Positions 21,311-34,726 of a stretch of 64,000 nucleotides of DNA are shown here, piece after piece. Source of the stretch: Paraphysomonas bandaiensis (taxonomy: Eukaryota; Protista; Chrysophyceae). Position numbers and translations under genes: made by a program. The stretch covers positions 1 to 64,000 of the forward strand of contig CBFFRP010000212.1 of NCBI GenBank assembly GCA_965644295.1, written 5' to 3'. The notes under the pieces were generated by a model that was not told the DNA's origin, ran no database searches, and was given only the letters and a program-made list of their open reading frames with translations. How positions within the stretch are numbered: position 1 is the stretch's first letter; every line of letters begins with the position of its first letter.

Positions 21311-23355
21311 ATATATATGGTGCACGCAATCCTGATAAGAAAACGTGTCCCAAACCCTAAAATATACACAAGTCCCACTGATCTAAATCACATCTCCAGC
21401 TTTGAATTCTCCAGTAAAGGAGTTATAGTCGTAGTGTTGTGGAGTCTTGATTTTGAAGATAGTAATATATCACTTCCACTGACATCATTCTGATCTTCTA
21501 CAACAGACGAATTATGGAATACACTCAACGAAGAGTGTTTGATGACTTGCTCTTAAAAATTGACTCATCATTCTGCTTTCCCTAAGATTGTTTAATATTA
21601 TAATAAAATCAGATTATGTATATAATAAGGTATGAATAAACACTTATGGGTCAACGATATTACTGCAAGTCCCATATAAGGCCTTATATATAGAGTACAT
21701 AGCAATTATTTAGATTAAAAGTTGTATCTCATTGTGTCGTTGAAGTTTGACGTAATAATATCTCATCTTGTACAGCTTCGTTGTCAAACCAAAATATTGA
21801 AGTTGTATGTCCATATTATTATCCAGAGGTAATAAAGCACTGTTTTGAGACAAAATGGGAATAAGCTAGTAATTATAACTGGCCAGATTAACTATAATAA
21901 AAGGAACTATAAAAAATATTTTATTATTGTTCTGTCCATCACTAATACCATAGTATTGTCAGTTATAGTATATTGTTTTCTAGAAAAAACGTATAATTGC
22001 TCCATTAAATTGAATTTTAAACTTCATACTTTGGGTATTAGGACTGTGTAACCATTAATTGTCAATAGCCCTTCTTTTGCCTCAGAACACCTTTTCCTAC
22101 ATATAACTACTCTCCCGGAATTGATAATTCTTGAATGCTTCTGGTCATTTAATTAAATAAGCAAAGTGAGATGATGCCAATGGGTTTTATAGTCTTCTGA
22201 TTTTATTCTATAAAAAATGAATTTCTAAATAAAAAGACTGTACAATATATATACAGTATGTTGTAATGAGATGACAACAGTCATCATACAGTATATAGGA
22301 TATATATATTGTCATTTTATCATGACGTTCTGGCAGACGTCGTCAATGAAACTTCTTCTAGCATCCCGGCGAACTATGTAATTCGTCTCAGAGTTTCAGA
22401 ATGAACACATTTGAACATACATGACAAAGGTCTTATAGTAAGTTTGAATCTTCTAATAGCTGTATTTAGCTTGCACCGCTTATGACTATGTGTAATGTAT
22501 AGATGTATAGTAATTATGCTATTATACCTTGGCAGTTAAACTGATGGTATTTGAAATATTCAATTAATTGCGTTAACCGACAACTAATTGAAGCAGGTTG
22601 TAGAAAATTATAATAGTAATTATTATTTGCTAACCCTAATCTACTATAACAATTAATAGTTACTCATCCATGTTGGATATCGTATTTTACTTGCCTGTAA
22701 CAAGAATATTCAACAGTACTTATCTTACAACTCCGTAAAAACTATAAATATTTGGTTTAGTACTGTCCACTTAGTCAATATTGCACTGTTTGGGCCCCAC
22801 TGAAATACCTACACTACTTCAATTAAATAATACTTTTATTTATATATTATATATACAAGAATATTTTCAATTTCGGTATGCCCATTATTCTTCTCGATCG
22901 TCAAAAGTTTCACAAAATGTCGTTGAGAAGAGGCGTTTATGAAATTGAAATATACAAGATATCATCATGAAGTGTAGCACCACGAGTGTATAATGCTAAA
23001 TATAACACATCTCTATACACAATTCGCCACACATTCAAGTTTCTATATATAAATATGGTAGGAATAATATAATACAAGTTGCATTGTGAACCTGTTATGT
23101 ATGGAACGTAGTTAACAAGCAAACGTGACGATCTATGTGAGTGTCATTGTGTACCAAGAAAGCCAGGGGAGGTGGATCAAGTGGCCGCCCTATATATACC
23201 GTGATTCTATATTATACACAGAGTATGCAGTAAAACAAACATTTCTAAAGCTTGCGCCCAAACTTTAAGACCTCTAAAAACTTTCTGAAATCGATTCCGA
23301 CAATATATTTGCTGTGTATATCTGATAGATGTGATATGATATTATATACACACAG

Positions 23356-23742
23356 AGTGATCAATACGAAGTGCTCTTATGTGAGCCACACCTCGACCAA
23401 TACGAGTGCCGTCTATCTGCGCTTGAAGCAGCCCTTGACGAAGATATGTATGAAGACGACAAAGAATCAGTTCAATACATTGTCGACAATGCCTGTGATT
23501 CCCACAAGCTCATCAATGTACTGAGGCAAGTCAGGATCAGATATAATATATTTCCTTATAGTGATTTGGAGAGAAGTGACTGCGAGAGCTCTCCGCATAT
23601 CACATCACATCATGAGGAGCGGTGTGTGTTGCAGAGTCATGGGTTGCTAATCTATAGAGCGAAAAGAATTCTTGAAGACAGAGGACCATCTGAACTGAGC
23701 CGACAGGAGCAGATCGCTGTCGACTTTATTGTAAGGTGGTGA
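23356..23742 (+). CDS. Hypothetical protein, 3' exons (start not resolved)
   Basis: Protein-like ORF EPHLDQYECRLSALEAALDEDMY...FIVRW*, with a possible in-frame 36-nt GC-AG intron at 23526-23561. Confidence 0.4.
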   Translation, partial: SDQYEVLLCEPHLDQYECRLSALEAALDEDMYEDDKESVQYIVDNACDSHKLINVLRQVRIRYNIFPYSDLERSDCESSPHITSHHEERCVLQSHGLLIYRAKRILEDRGPSELSRQEQIAVDFIVRW

Positions 23743-24079
23743 ATGTATCATGCATGAGGGCATGAACAGTGTGTGTACATCTGTGCAGCACTGCTCAGTA
23801 TACCGGTATACTGCTCTGTATTATACAACTATACATACATACAGTACCCTATACCGCTGTAGGAATTCCTCCTGTATATACAGAAGGTATACAATCAGTA
23901 CACTGCTGTGCGTGAGAACTGAACTACTGAACAAGAATGTACTGAGAAACAGTGCTGAAGACTGAAGAGCAGTCGACGAACACGCAGACTCTCTGCCAGT
24001 TCCTACTCACCCGTCACTATTACTTCCCTGGTTTACATCTTCAGAGTTAGTTGTTACACTTTTCGAGAAGCGTGGTGAT

Positions 24080-24408
24080 ATGGGCTCTAGGTGGTTGCAG
24101 GACCTCCCCAATATCTCGAATACCATGGTGAATACTAACCGCACCTCATTCGTGGTGAGCATCAGACTGAGTCATTGCTCCTTGCTACTCATTTACATAA
24201 CTTTTGTAGAAGCATCCTCCTCCGTACATCGCATACGCCAGCGACAATGTTGAAGGAAAGGTCACTGAAGGTAACTCCTTGTTTGTTGTTTTCGTTATTT
24301 TATTTCCACACAGTAGCGGCTTCTAAAGACATTCCGTTGGAGCTATTTCCTGAAAGTAAGTCAGCTCCACATGATACGATGAAGTGTAAACGGAGAAAAA
24401 TAGAGTGA
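24080..24408 (+). CDS. Small 3-exon protein (~76 aa), weakly DDA1-like
   Basis: Two GT-AG introns give MGSRWLQDLPNISNT...KHPPPYIAY...KDIPLELF...KRRKIE*. The resemblance to DDA1 is by eye only. Confidence 0.45.
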
Positions 24409-24689
24409 ATGTATCTGGAACGTGAAGAGTTTCATTGTCGAATATGTTTGTGATGATATTATATATTGATGCCGTTTGTTAGTCACTTCCATATGAGTTT
24501 TTTTTCGTAGTGTAGTGATTGTGACGGGTGATAGTGTATATTATTAAGTTAATATAACAACTAAAAGTACAACTGTACTACTAGAGAATTCATCATACAT
24601 ATCTGTTATCGTTCATAGTAAAGCTCTATGTCGGGTATTCATTATTTTCATATGGATTCCTATTTTCTCTTCTTATTAGAATGGTGATA

Positions 24690-25030
24690 TAACGCATGTA
24701 ACTAAACTTGAACCCGTATATTACCTAGTAAAATTATTATCAATATTTCTTATCGTTCATTGCCATTCACTAAATTCATGTCGCATTTTCTACCAATCAA
24801 TTTCATACAATCTTAGATATTAGATAGTCCCACTCTTATACATTATACATCAATATATATCAGTATATATTATATATTATCAATCTACTAGTTTTAATCC
24901 TATTGTATCATTAGTTCATGTCAGGGCTTGACGTTTCACGGCGTACTCTTAACCAGTACTGTATTCTTCAAGTAGCGGCCATAATTCACATACCTTAGAA
25001 ATTAGAAATACAGCTTTTAATTGCTTAATG
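24690..25030. repeat. Diverged dispersed AT-rich repeat; second copy at ~30790-31045
   Basis: Shared blocks gccattca(c/t)taaatt, taccaatcaat, aatcttagata, tactgtattctt and tacagcttttaattgctta in the same order. Confidence 0.65.
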
Positions 25031-25370
25031 CTCAATAAAGCTCGTCAATAAATACAATACTTGACATGGTTACAAAATATGCTCACATGGTATATACGAA
25101 TATGCAGAACAGCAAGGTTAAAGCATGGTATATTACTACTGCTACAGTACACTCCTTACGTTCTCATATTTTCCATCCATAAACAATGACAATACCGTGA
25201 TATAGCTGCGGCTATGATTTGCATGGAGGTAATACGCAATACCCCCACGCGGTAATTAGACTGCAGACATAAAGAAACTCAATAAAAAATACTAATTTAA
25301 TAATAACAGGGAGATATATTATTATCAGTACTCATTACATACAAAAGAGACTCGTCTAAAAAAGTATCTT

Positions 25371-26198
25371 TTACATTACTGTGGTCTGGTGCTGGCAGCG
25401 AGTTCCAAAGAAACCAGTGAAGCAAGAGCAGGTTCCAGATCCATAGTCGCAAATACCTCTGCCAGAGCAATCACGCCCAGCCTCATTACCATATCCATCC
25501 AAAGGATCAAGACCAGAGGGGCATTCCTGCTGGTCACATGCAGGTCCTCTGTATCCTGCATCACAAAGGCATCCAACGTGCTTCATAGCGTCCCAAGGAG
25601 TGGTGTAAACACGGGAAGCTTTGGATGCCAAATGCTTTTCAGGCCAGCATGTTCCACGGTCATTACAGTTGTTAGGACAGACAGTTCTCTGGCAAGCAAC
25701 ACCCTCGTATCCAGTGAAGCATTGGCATTCGCCAGAAGTACGATCACAAATTCCCTTATTAGAGCATTCAACCCAGGGATGTAAATCATTGGCATTGACG
25801 ACAGATCCAACCCAAGCAAAGTCCTTAGGGCAAGTTCTCAGAGAGCAATCAGGTCCGGTGTATTCATCCTCGCCATCAATACCCTTGTAGCATCGGCAAT
25901 TATCATTGAATTCACAGGTTCCATGACCAGAGCACTGGTTCTCGCACATACCAGCCTGGCGGTGACGGCGCTTGTCCCATGTAATTTGACCCCAAGGCTC
26001 CTCAACATATGAAGGAGCACTTGTAGGAATAGAGGTTGGTTGTCCAGAGGGTTGACCAGTAGGCACACAAGTTGGTTGTCCAGTAGGTTGACCAGTAGGT
26101 TGACCACTAGGCTGGCCAGATGGAACAGAAGTGGGTGCAGCAGTTCCGCTTGCAACCGCAAACATTGCAGCTGAAACAATTACAGATAGGATCATCAT
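25371..26198 (-). CDS. Secreted EGF/tenascin-like repeat protein of the Sig/Ocm tubular mastigoneme family
   Basis: Signal peptide [19 protein letters not shown](S/T)GQ repeats, then [31 protein letters not shown] and [10 protein letters not shown]. Single exon; the probable start is ATG 26198. Confidence 0.8.
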   Translation of the reverse strand: MMILSVIVSAAMFAVASGTAAPTSVPSGQPSGQPTGQPTGQPTCVPTGQPSGQPTSIPTSAPSYVEEPWGQITWDKRRHRQAGMCENQCSGHGTCEFNDNCRCYKGIDGEDEYTGPDCSLRTCPKDFAWVGSVVNANDLHPWVECSNKGICDRTSGECQCFTGYEGVACQRTVCPNNCNDRGTCWPEKHLASKASRVYTTPWDAMKHVGCLCDAGYRGPACDQQECPSGLDPLDGYGNEAGRDCSGRGICDYGSGTCSCFTGFFGTRCQHQTTVM

Positions 26199-26614
26199 CT
26201 TGCTAGCAGTACAATATGATGTTAATTTAGAGATTTGTGAAATGTGTAACTGGATTGATTGCAACTTGCAACACATTGCAAACCAAAACGTTTCAAGTCC
26301 GTTGCGTATCTTGTAGGGACAATTGCATTGCACCAATTTACTATTATCCAATCAAAACCAGCCACATAATACTTTCAGTATTCTTCATTTTGCGCCCTGT
26401 CAAGATATTTTTTTCTTTGAAGTGGTGATGATGATGTCCATGGATAAGTGATGGTCGAATCTTCGAGAAAAGATATCTAGATATTACGCACGAGCGAGAT
26501 GTTGATGTGTAGATGTTACGAGATGCCTCCTCTGAGTGCAATCGTTACTCTCATTATCGATACAAGTATACCTTATTTGTTTCATTTGCTTTGAGGAGTA
26601 ACTGAACTAGTAAA

Positions 26615-28797
26615 ATGAGCAATCAGCTTTGGACCACAGACCCGAGTGTGTGTCTGGATGTGAAGGTCGGGCAGTCAGGCGCAGGTACAGTCCATAGCAT
26701 TACATGTAACTGTGTTGATTGCTGATGTGGTCAGCGGCATATCCCCCCAAGACAGTGGTGCAGGTATTCCAGGACACTCTGGCGAAACACGGCTCTGAGC
26801 GCGCAATGGCACAGAAGAAGAAAGTGAACGGCGTGATGGGCGACTGGAAGTACTGGACTTGGCAGGACTATTGGAACGACTGCTTTCGCTTTGCCAAGAC
26901 ACTGGTTCATCTTAATGTGGATATGTTTAAGATAATCAATATTATTGGCTTCAATTCCGTAAGTTTTAATCAATAAAAGTGCCTTAGTCTTAATTCGTTT
27001 TAGCCCGAGTGGTTTATTGCTAACACTGGAGCGATACTGGCGGGATGCATTGCAGCTGGAGTCTACACCACTAATCTTCCGGACTCGTGCATATACATTG
27101 CAAACCATAGTCGCGCCGAAGTAATTGTTGTTGAGGGAATCAAGCAGCTTATGAAATATGCCAACCGAGGTGATGAGACTCCCTATCTGAAGGCTATTGT
27201 TGTGTATGGAGAGGATGTGAAGCAGTCAGACAGGGAAGGGTTCCAAGTACCTGTGTACACGTTCGATGAATTTGTAGAACTAGGAAACTCTGTGGCAAAT
27301 ATAGAAGTAGAAAACCGATACAGCAGCGTGCAACCTGGAAACTGTTCCACACTCATTTACACTTCTGGAACAACTGGGCCACCCAAAGCAGTAATGATTT
27401 CGAATGATAACATAACGTGGTCTGTGCGTTGTCTCGTAGATAATTACCTCGATTTGAATCACACTGATCGCATTGTGTCTTACTTACCGCTGTCCCACAT
27501 TGCCGGACAGATTATCGACATTCACTCGCCCATGTACCTGGGAGCATGCACGTACTTTGCCCAACCGGACGCCCTAAAAGGGACGCTCACAACAACACTC
27601 AAAGACGTGCGCCCTACCCTATTCTTTGGGGTCCCGCGCGTGTGGGAGAAGATTGAGGAAAAGATGAAGGACATGGGCAGGCAAACTACTGGCGTCAAGA
27701 AGATGCTTTCGTCCTGGGCCAAATCTTGCGGTACTGAGAAAACCAAGAGAGCCCAGTTTGGTGGCGACCATGGAACACCCTTTGGATATGGCTGCGCGAA
27801 TAGCATTGTGCTTTCAAAGATTAAGGAAGCTCTGGGTCTTGATCAAGCCAAGTATTGTTACACAGGAGCTGCTCCCATATCTGTGGAGACCATGGAGTAC
27901 TTTGGTTCTCTGGACATTCCTATCTATGAGGTATTCGGACAGTCTGAGTGCACTGGTCCTCACACTGTGACATCATCAAATGCTTGGCGAATTGGGTACT
28001 GTGAGTACGATCTGATGCTAATATTGATGATACGTAATAGTGGTGACGGGTGCAGGCGGCCGCCCAATGCCTGGCACTGAGACCATGATTGCCGAGGGGA
28101 CCCAGGAGCTATGCTACCGCGGAAGACACATCTTCATGGTACGCGTATATCAATAGCGCTTATGGCGAACCCGCATAATGCTACTTTTCAGGGATACATG
28201 TACATGCCGGATAAAACAGAGGAAACAATCGATGAACAAGGCTATCTACATAGCGGCGATGTAGCAGAATTCGACGATAACGACGTTCCCGGCCAGGCCA
28301 AACCCTCTGGGTTCATGCGCATAACTGGGCGCATTAAAGATCTTATTATTACTGCCGGAGGAGAAAACATCCCACCTGTTCTGATTGAAAATGAAATGAA
28401 GACTGAAATGTCTGCTCTATCAAACTGTATCGTCATCGGAGACCGAAGAAAATATCTATCTATGCTAATATCCCTCAAGACGGAAGTTGACTTGGAGACT
28501 CAGGAGCCCACTGATAAACTAACTGGCGACGCTCTCTACGTTGGATCAGAGATCGGAAGTTCCGCCACAACAATGTCGGAAGCAAAGAACGACCCCAAGT
28601 GGATCGCGTATATCAATAATGGTATGAAGAAAGCAAATTCCCGAACAACGTCCAATGCACAGGTGGTACAGAAGTGGAAGATGCTTCCAGTAGATCTGTC
28701 GGAGAAGGCCGGGGACCTTACTCCTACAATGAAGGTCAAACGTAATGTGGTTTGCGAGAAGTATAAGGACCTTGTGGACTCAATGTATGCAGAGTAA
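26615..28797 (+). CDS. ACSBG: Long-chain acyl-CoA synthetase, bubblegum (ACSBG) type (multi-exon)
   Basis: YTSGTTGPPK, SYLPLSHIA, FFGVPRVWEK, FGQSEC, GYLHSGD, ITGRIKDLIITAGGENI and LTPTMKVKR. Confidence 0.93.
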
Positions 28798-30204
28798 ATA
28801 TCTTTTTACTACGTTTATAAGTATCTGCTGTATCTCAGCAATAGGCTTAAAATAAATTTGTTTTTCTGAAGTTAAGTACTGTTAAACTTATAATGGAATA
28901 TTTGGACGTGAATACATACTGGATTTCGCAGTGTAGTTTTTTATATAAAGTTTCCCGTTTTACAGGATGCACTCCAGGAACGCATTCTGTTAAATAGTTC
29001 ATTGTATTCCTGAATAGGACTACGATATATGTATGATGTATACCAGCAAGAATATGAAACATTTAATTACCATAGTACTGTTGAAAATACTACTTTGATA
29101 TGAATTTAATTAGTCATTCCTTGCTCAATTAACATTACTTTTCTAATATCTTTTGCGGTTAAAAGTAAACTTGCACTATTAATACATAAGCATAATATTA
29201 TATCTATATAAGATGTTATAATGTAGTCAACACTTGTTATTCAAAACATCAATGAAAATCAAAGAAATTAAGAAAATTATATCTTTTATTGCCCATTTTT
29301 CTTTATTCTCTTTGACTTTCATCGGCATTTTGTGTTGTGTGTCCAATACACTCTGCGGTTATGAACAGAGAGTTCACTACTCTACTGAAACAGGCTTCTG
29401 TTTACTTAAAACTAACCTTGCATATTATTATCCTCGTTTTCAGGTGGCTTTCAACATTATAACCAACCTCATTTAGAATAAGTAGCCGATTAAAAGTATC
29501 ACTTCATATCTATTGATATGTGTTATGCGAAAATATGTGGGAATATAAATCATACACGGTGTGAAATTCAAATTGGCAAATAAAACCACTGAGTCTCTGA
29601 ATACTAAATATTACTTCGAAAAAGGCAACGTCACGTATTTAGTGCATTACTTTTGTTCCATTTATGTAGATATAACACTAGCCAACTCTACTTTCACTAA
29701 ATACAACCAACATATATCTTCCTCTTCATATTACTTTTTCTTCAACTCTACGGCTACAACACATTAATACTAAAACTACTTTTATTTATTATTTTAATAC
29801 TATATTCACTACTTGATCTTGGCGAGTACTAAACGGGAGATATTAATGTACAACACAACAGATGGTTCATGAATTATCTCTTGAGTCACACGTTTAAGTA
29901 AATAATATATATGTCTCTTGCATCCTTGATAACGTAACAGTTGGCAAAAATAAATCGCTCTAGCTAGCATTGAGTAAAATAACGCTCGAATTGTTGATTT
30001 GTAGTAATATATATAAGATTAAATAAATCTGTTTAAAAAGGCCAAATTCTAGTACTCTGGAAAAAATACAAAAGAATGACATATATTTATGAAATTACTA
30101 CGTTTGCTTCTCTTTCAAACTACTACTACAGCGTAATTATCATGAGTGACAGAGAGCATCGATGTGGATCATTAATAAAAAGAAGAAAATTTGTTAGTGA
30201 TTTG

Positions 30205-30707
30205 TATTATTATTAACAATAGGCGTTTAAAAGTCAGAACTAATGTATCAAAACATTTAACTGACAAGTGCTTAACTGTGATATCCTACTATTTAATGAT
30301 ATGAAAGCTGCTTGTGCGTCACCGCAAGCACCAAGGTGCAACCACTTTTGCTCTATCACTCAAATCAAACTCAGTGAGCAAGCATAATGTTGATCTACGT
30401 GACATCTGCTGACTTCAGGATTTATTAGGTGAACAGCCCGGATGCCTGACTTCAGCAGGTAGCCCAATACCCCGGATGCCCTTGAGGTGGGCCCATTCCC
30501 GGCTGCCTTATTATTCGTCAAACCCAAAGACGTCTACACAAGTGACGCTAATTAGTGTCCCTAGTACCACACACGCATTTGGCTATGAGTAGGCAGAACA
30601 AGTTTAGGTTACTATATATGCGACCCACGTTAGTTTCCCCGAGAAATACATCTGGTACTTATCCCCCAGAACGTCACGAAAAGGTGCGAGTCCGACTTTA
30701 TTGAGGA
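30205..30707 (-). mobile_element. Non-autonomous retroposon copy C (503 bp; older)
   Basis: Degenerate 13-bp TSD TGTTAGTGATTTG (30192-30204) / TGTTGGTGACTTG (30708-30720). Head and tail are homologous to the other copies; ribozyme P3' is mutated to GAC. Confidence 0.85.
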
Positions 30708-31455
30708 TGTTGGTGACTTGATGGCTAACGCTTTTTAATTTGTTTGCAAGTTTTTTCTGAAAGTCACATTCTAGGGTGTTTTAACTTTACGAACTGAACT
30801 AAACGTGCACTCAATAATCTATTTTTAAATTTGTTATTAACGTTCATAGCTCATAGCCATTCATTAAATTTATGTTGTCACTATTACCAATCAATATTAA
30901 AAATCTTAGATAGACACAATTTTAAACAGTTAATATATTACAGTTTCATTGGTATATCATGTTCACTTAATACTGTTTACAGCTACTGTATTCTTTATAT
31001 GTAGTAACATTAAACCTTAAATTACAGCTTTTAATTGCTTACAGACAAGCAAACCTCAGCAAGTTTAAATCTCAATTCTAATAATATTTCATATAAAATA
31101 TCTTATTTAGACATGATATTTCCGTTTCTAGCTTCTTATCATATAGTGCAAAGTGCTAATACATTACACTACTTCGTATTTTCGTACATTTGATCTCACA
31201 GAAAACATTTTTAGTTGTACACTACGTCAAGTATCCCAATACGGAAGAATGACAATAAAGACGTGATAATGATCAATACATTATAATGCTTAAATCATAC
31301 ACGCACAGAGTGTGATGACGACATTCAGATTATATCATGCGTTAACATGTCACATGGTGCGTTAACACCAAATGAAAACATAATTGTAAAAACCACATAC
31401 GATGTGAAATTGAGTGGACTGACAACACAAATAAGACTACAACCTCACACGACAT

Positions 31456-32330
31456 TCAAGGATAAGCGATATCAAGTGGTTTCGAAACAATTACACTTCT
31501 TCCTTTACTTGTATTCGACTCATCATCTGCAGAATAGTCGGAACTGCTAGAATCGACCGACGAAGACCTGAGTGTAGAGAGACTGCAAGTTCCACTCCGA
31601 CTTAAAGTGCCGGAGACATAATGTTTATCATTAATCGACTTGCTCAGTTTTCTGGGTGACGAAAGGCTTTCCAAGGACTCCTCAGCAGTAACTTCTGATG
31701 GGAACCACTTGTCTTGTAGATCACGGAAATTTGTACCTCCGATTGACGCCCGTCGCGCAATGATACGTCCTCTTGAACCAACAGAATTCGATGGGCGCAA
31801 AGTATGTCGCGCAGCCCGAGCATCATCCGGGGCATTTCCCGCTTGGTACGGACTCAGAATTCTATTCTGTGCCTTGACCTTAACACAGTCATCGCCCTCA
31901 GACCTCCTCACGCCCTTTGATCGGCGTCTCTCCGATGAACTCTTATCAGGGAACCACTTTGCAGCAATCGAATCATCCGCAACTACCTCAACTGGTAGAC
32001 CGATGTCGAACCCGGGGTTACATCTGTTGCGGGGAACGCTCTGTTTCCAAGAGGCCTCCAGATCCTCCACAGACCTCCGCACCAACACTGAATATAGCTT
32101 ATCGAACATATTCCTACACGAGGGCGAGGTATAAGTATACCCTTTATGGTATTTCCACTGCCACAGTTGTGCTGCAGGTTGATCCGTCGATGTATGGTAT
32201 GGTCGTATGTTAGCTCAGCTATGCACGTGCAGCAATATTCCACACCTTCGTTGGCAGCACTGTATTCCAGTATACAGCATTCGCATCATTATCGTCAGAA
32301 CCCCAAATGATCCCCACTGTCTTGTCGTAC
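31456..32330 (-). CDS. Hypothetical Ser/Arg-rich protein (5' end unresolved)
   Basis: 217-aa ORF with an open upstream extension (DQPAAQLWQWKYHKG...) and a likely upstream exon. No recognisable domain. Confidence 0.45.
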
Positions 32331-33553
32331 TCTGCTGTACAGTATTCTATTGACTATGATGTAGTAACAGTATTACATCATATCTATCATATCTGGATAC
32401 TGTATTCTGGATGTCCGGATGTATATGCTGTGGATATAGATAGATACTGACAGAGCTCCAGTCGCATGAGAACACGGAGTTTGACATGTGATGACTGTAT
32501 TGTATTTGTCAATGCAAGCCCAGAAGAAAATCGTAAGTGATGCGAGTAGAGCAGAAAGATAATATACTGAATTAACGTAGTTGCTATTAGGTATATATAT
32601 GTGAGAAGGAGAACACATGATCGTATGTGCTCGTATAGGTGGACAAGACGAAGCAGTGCCATTGAGAGTCGGGCAGATGTGGTTTAAACCATTCAGCTGA
32701 AGATAAAACAATTGGCAATACCGGTATAGATTACGTGCTATTGTAAAAAGTAGAGATTCAAGTAACCGCATTTACAAGCTCTAGATGTAAATTGCAAGGA
32801 TCTGTAATGATTTTTGCATGAGCCAGTACTAATAAATGTTCGAAACCGTCGTTTCTCTCTTTGTCGATTTTTTATCAATTGTGTACATGCCAGAGTAGCC
32901 TAACAATTACTTAGCAATTGATTGAAGCGATTCATTGACAAGTAATACAAATTAATTGTAATTAATTAAGCTAGGTTGGCAAGAGCTACTTCTACTGCTT
33001 TGACACCCCACAGGTGTTGGCTCATACAAAGAAGCACAAGTAACATGTGACAGACGGTAACGTAAATCACTCATTGCAATTTTAGTACGCACTACAATAT
33101 TTGTAGCGGGAAATACGTGACTCATACCACGATACTACGATAATTAGCTTGAATAGTAGTTTTCTGTCGCTTACGTCGTTTTTTTAGATATATATCTTCT
33201 TGTCATATCAGTGCGATGCATGTATCGGCAATGGTTCTAGCTACTAGTCAATATAAATTTTCAAGTAATTGAAAGGGCTTCGCCATCAATTATAATAGAA
33301 ATTGAAAACCAATCTCAGTTAAGTACGTGGGAAGGTAAGAACCGCTTGGGTTAACCTATGTCAGGTACTGCATGAATAATTTCTCGTATTGACACGACTG
33401 ACATCAAAACGATTAAGTTCATTAATGACTAGAGTACTAATGAACGCCTATCGTAACATGCTGTATACGCAGCTAATAATACTGGCAAGGAAACATAATA
33501 TACGCAGTGTCACGATTCTCAATCTTTCCATGGGACAATGATTTAATCACTAG

Positions 33554-34601
33554 CTACAATAAAAAACACCACGACTTTTTCTTTTTTTCAGTGGGTTGTC
33601 TTCTCTTCCTTATTTCTCGTACCATCACTTCAAATATCTCGTCAATTTTTTCACCACTCAGTGCACTGGTCTCAAAGTGAAGCATAGACCATGTTGCATT
33701 TGCCTGTATTGCCTCTGAGGCGTCATCGAGGCGCACTCGTTCAGAAGCCAAGGCACATGCCCGCATGAGGCGGTCCACGTCATCGGCTGTGACAGCTTTG
33801 GCATCTGGATCTCTGTCAGTGAGGTCCTTTTTGTTTCCCAGAAATATAATAGGTGGGATCTGCGACCGACCTTCGCTAACCTATATTCCATTAAATTGAA
33901 ATGTATACAAGAACGAAGTATAATATATACTCACTTGCTCAAGTAGATCTATGAAACTATAAAGCTGATCCAGAGAGCTTCTGTCGACCAGCGAATAGAC
34001 AAATATATACCTGCAACGCAATCATTGCAATTAGAAAAATCCAATACTATTAATACCCGTCTTTATCCATCATCCATTGAGCCCGTAACGTCGAAAAATC
34101 TTCTTGTCCTGCCGTGTCCAGTATTTCTAGAACTGACACTTCGTCGTCGACCTACACATTACATGATGATGGAGTAATGTTGTAAACAACACTGCATACT
34201 CTAATAGTCTTTCTATACGCATCTTCGATAGTCGCCTCCCAATTTTTTATGAAAAAATCCCGCACAAATCGAAGTGTAATTGCACTCTTCCCTACTCCAC
34301 CTCCACCCAGCACTGAGACATTCATTTTCTCGGTACCTGCACCCCCTGCTGCAGAGGAGCGATAGAAGACATCCCCTGTAGAGAAATAAATGTTCTCATT
34401 CTGCTGAATATCGTCGATGGACACTACTTCCATTCCATTCGCAAGAAAAACCTTCTTCACTCGCTTGATTCCCAATTTCTCAGCAGCTAGTTTCTTAAGG
34501 GCGGGTAGAGAGATGTCGTCAGATATGTGCAGCACCTTTCCCTCTGCAGATGCCTCATTCTTATGGATAAACACACGCTTAGTTCCAGATGAGTCTCCCA
34601 T
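33554..34601 (-). CDS. Ras-subfamily small GTPase with N-terminal KHA/DCX-like domain (4 exons)
   Basis: [32 protein letters not shown], polybasic tail and CaaX box (CFLL). An ~80-aa N-terminal extension includes [18 protein letters not shown]. Confidence 0.9.
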
Positions 34602-34726
34602 GATAAAGAACACCTAACAAGTCGATTGATGACACAAACGAGTTAGGATGGAGACAAAATTTAATGTGGTGCAAAACTCCTCCAGCTAAATAGCGATCTA
34701 TACACAGACATACCGACCTACCTGCT

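Larger units (their letters stand above)
18480..22620. mobile_element. Old DNA-transposon-like unit bounded by ~220-bp degenerate inverted repeats
   Basis: 18480-18700 matches the reverse complement of 22400-22620 (for example ttcaaacttactata(g/a)gaccttt...tgttcaaatgtgttc). No transposase ORF or TSD identified. Confidence 0.45.

Noticed and set aside
26199-26351. N-terminal 51 aa of the 326-aa ORF
   Set aside because: The signal peptide begins at ATG 26198.
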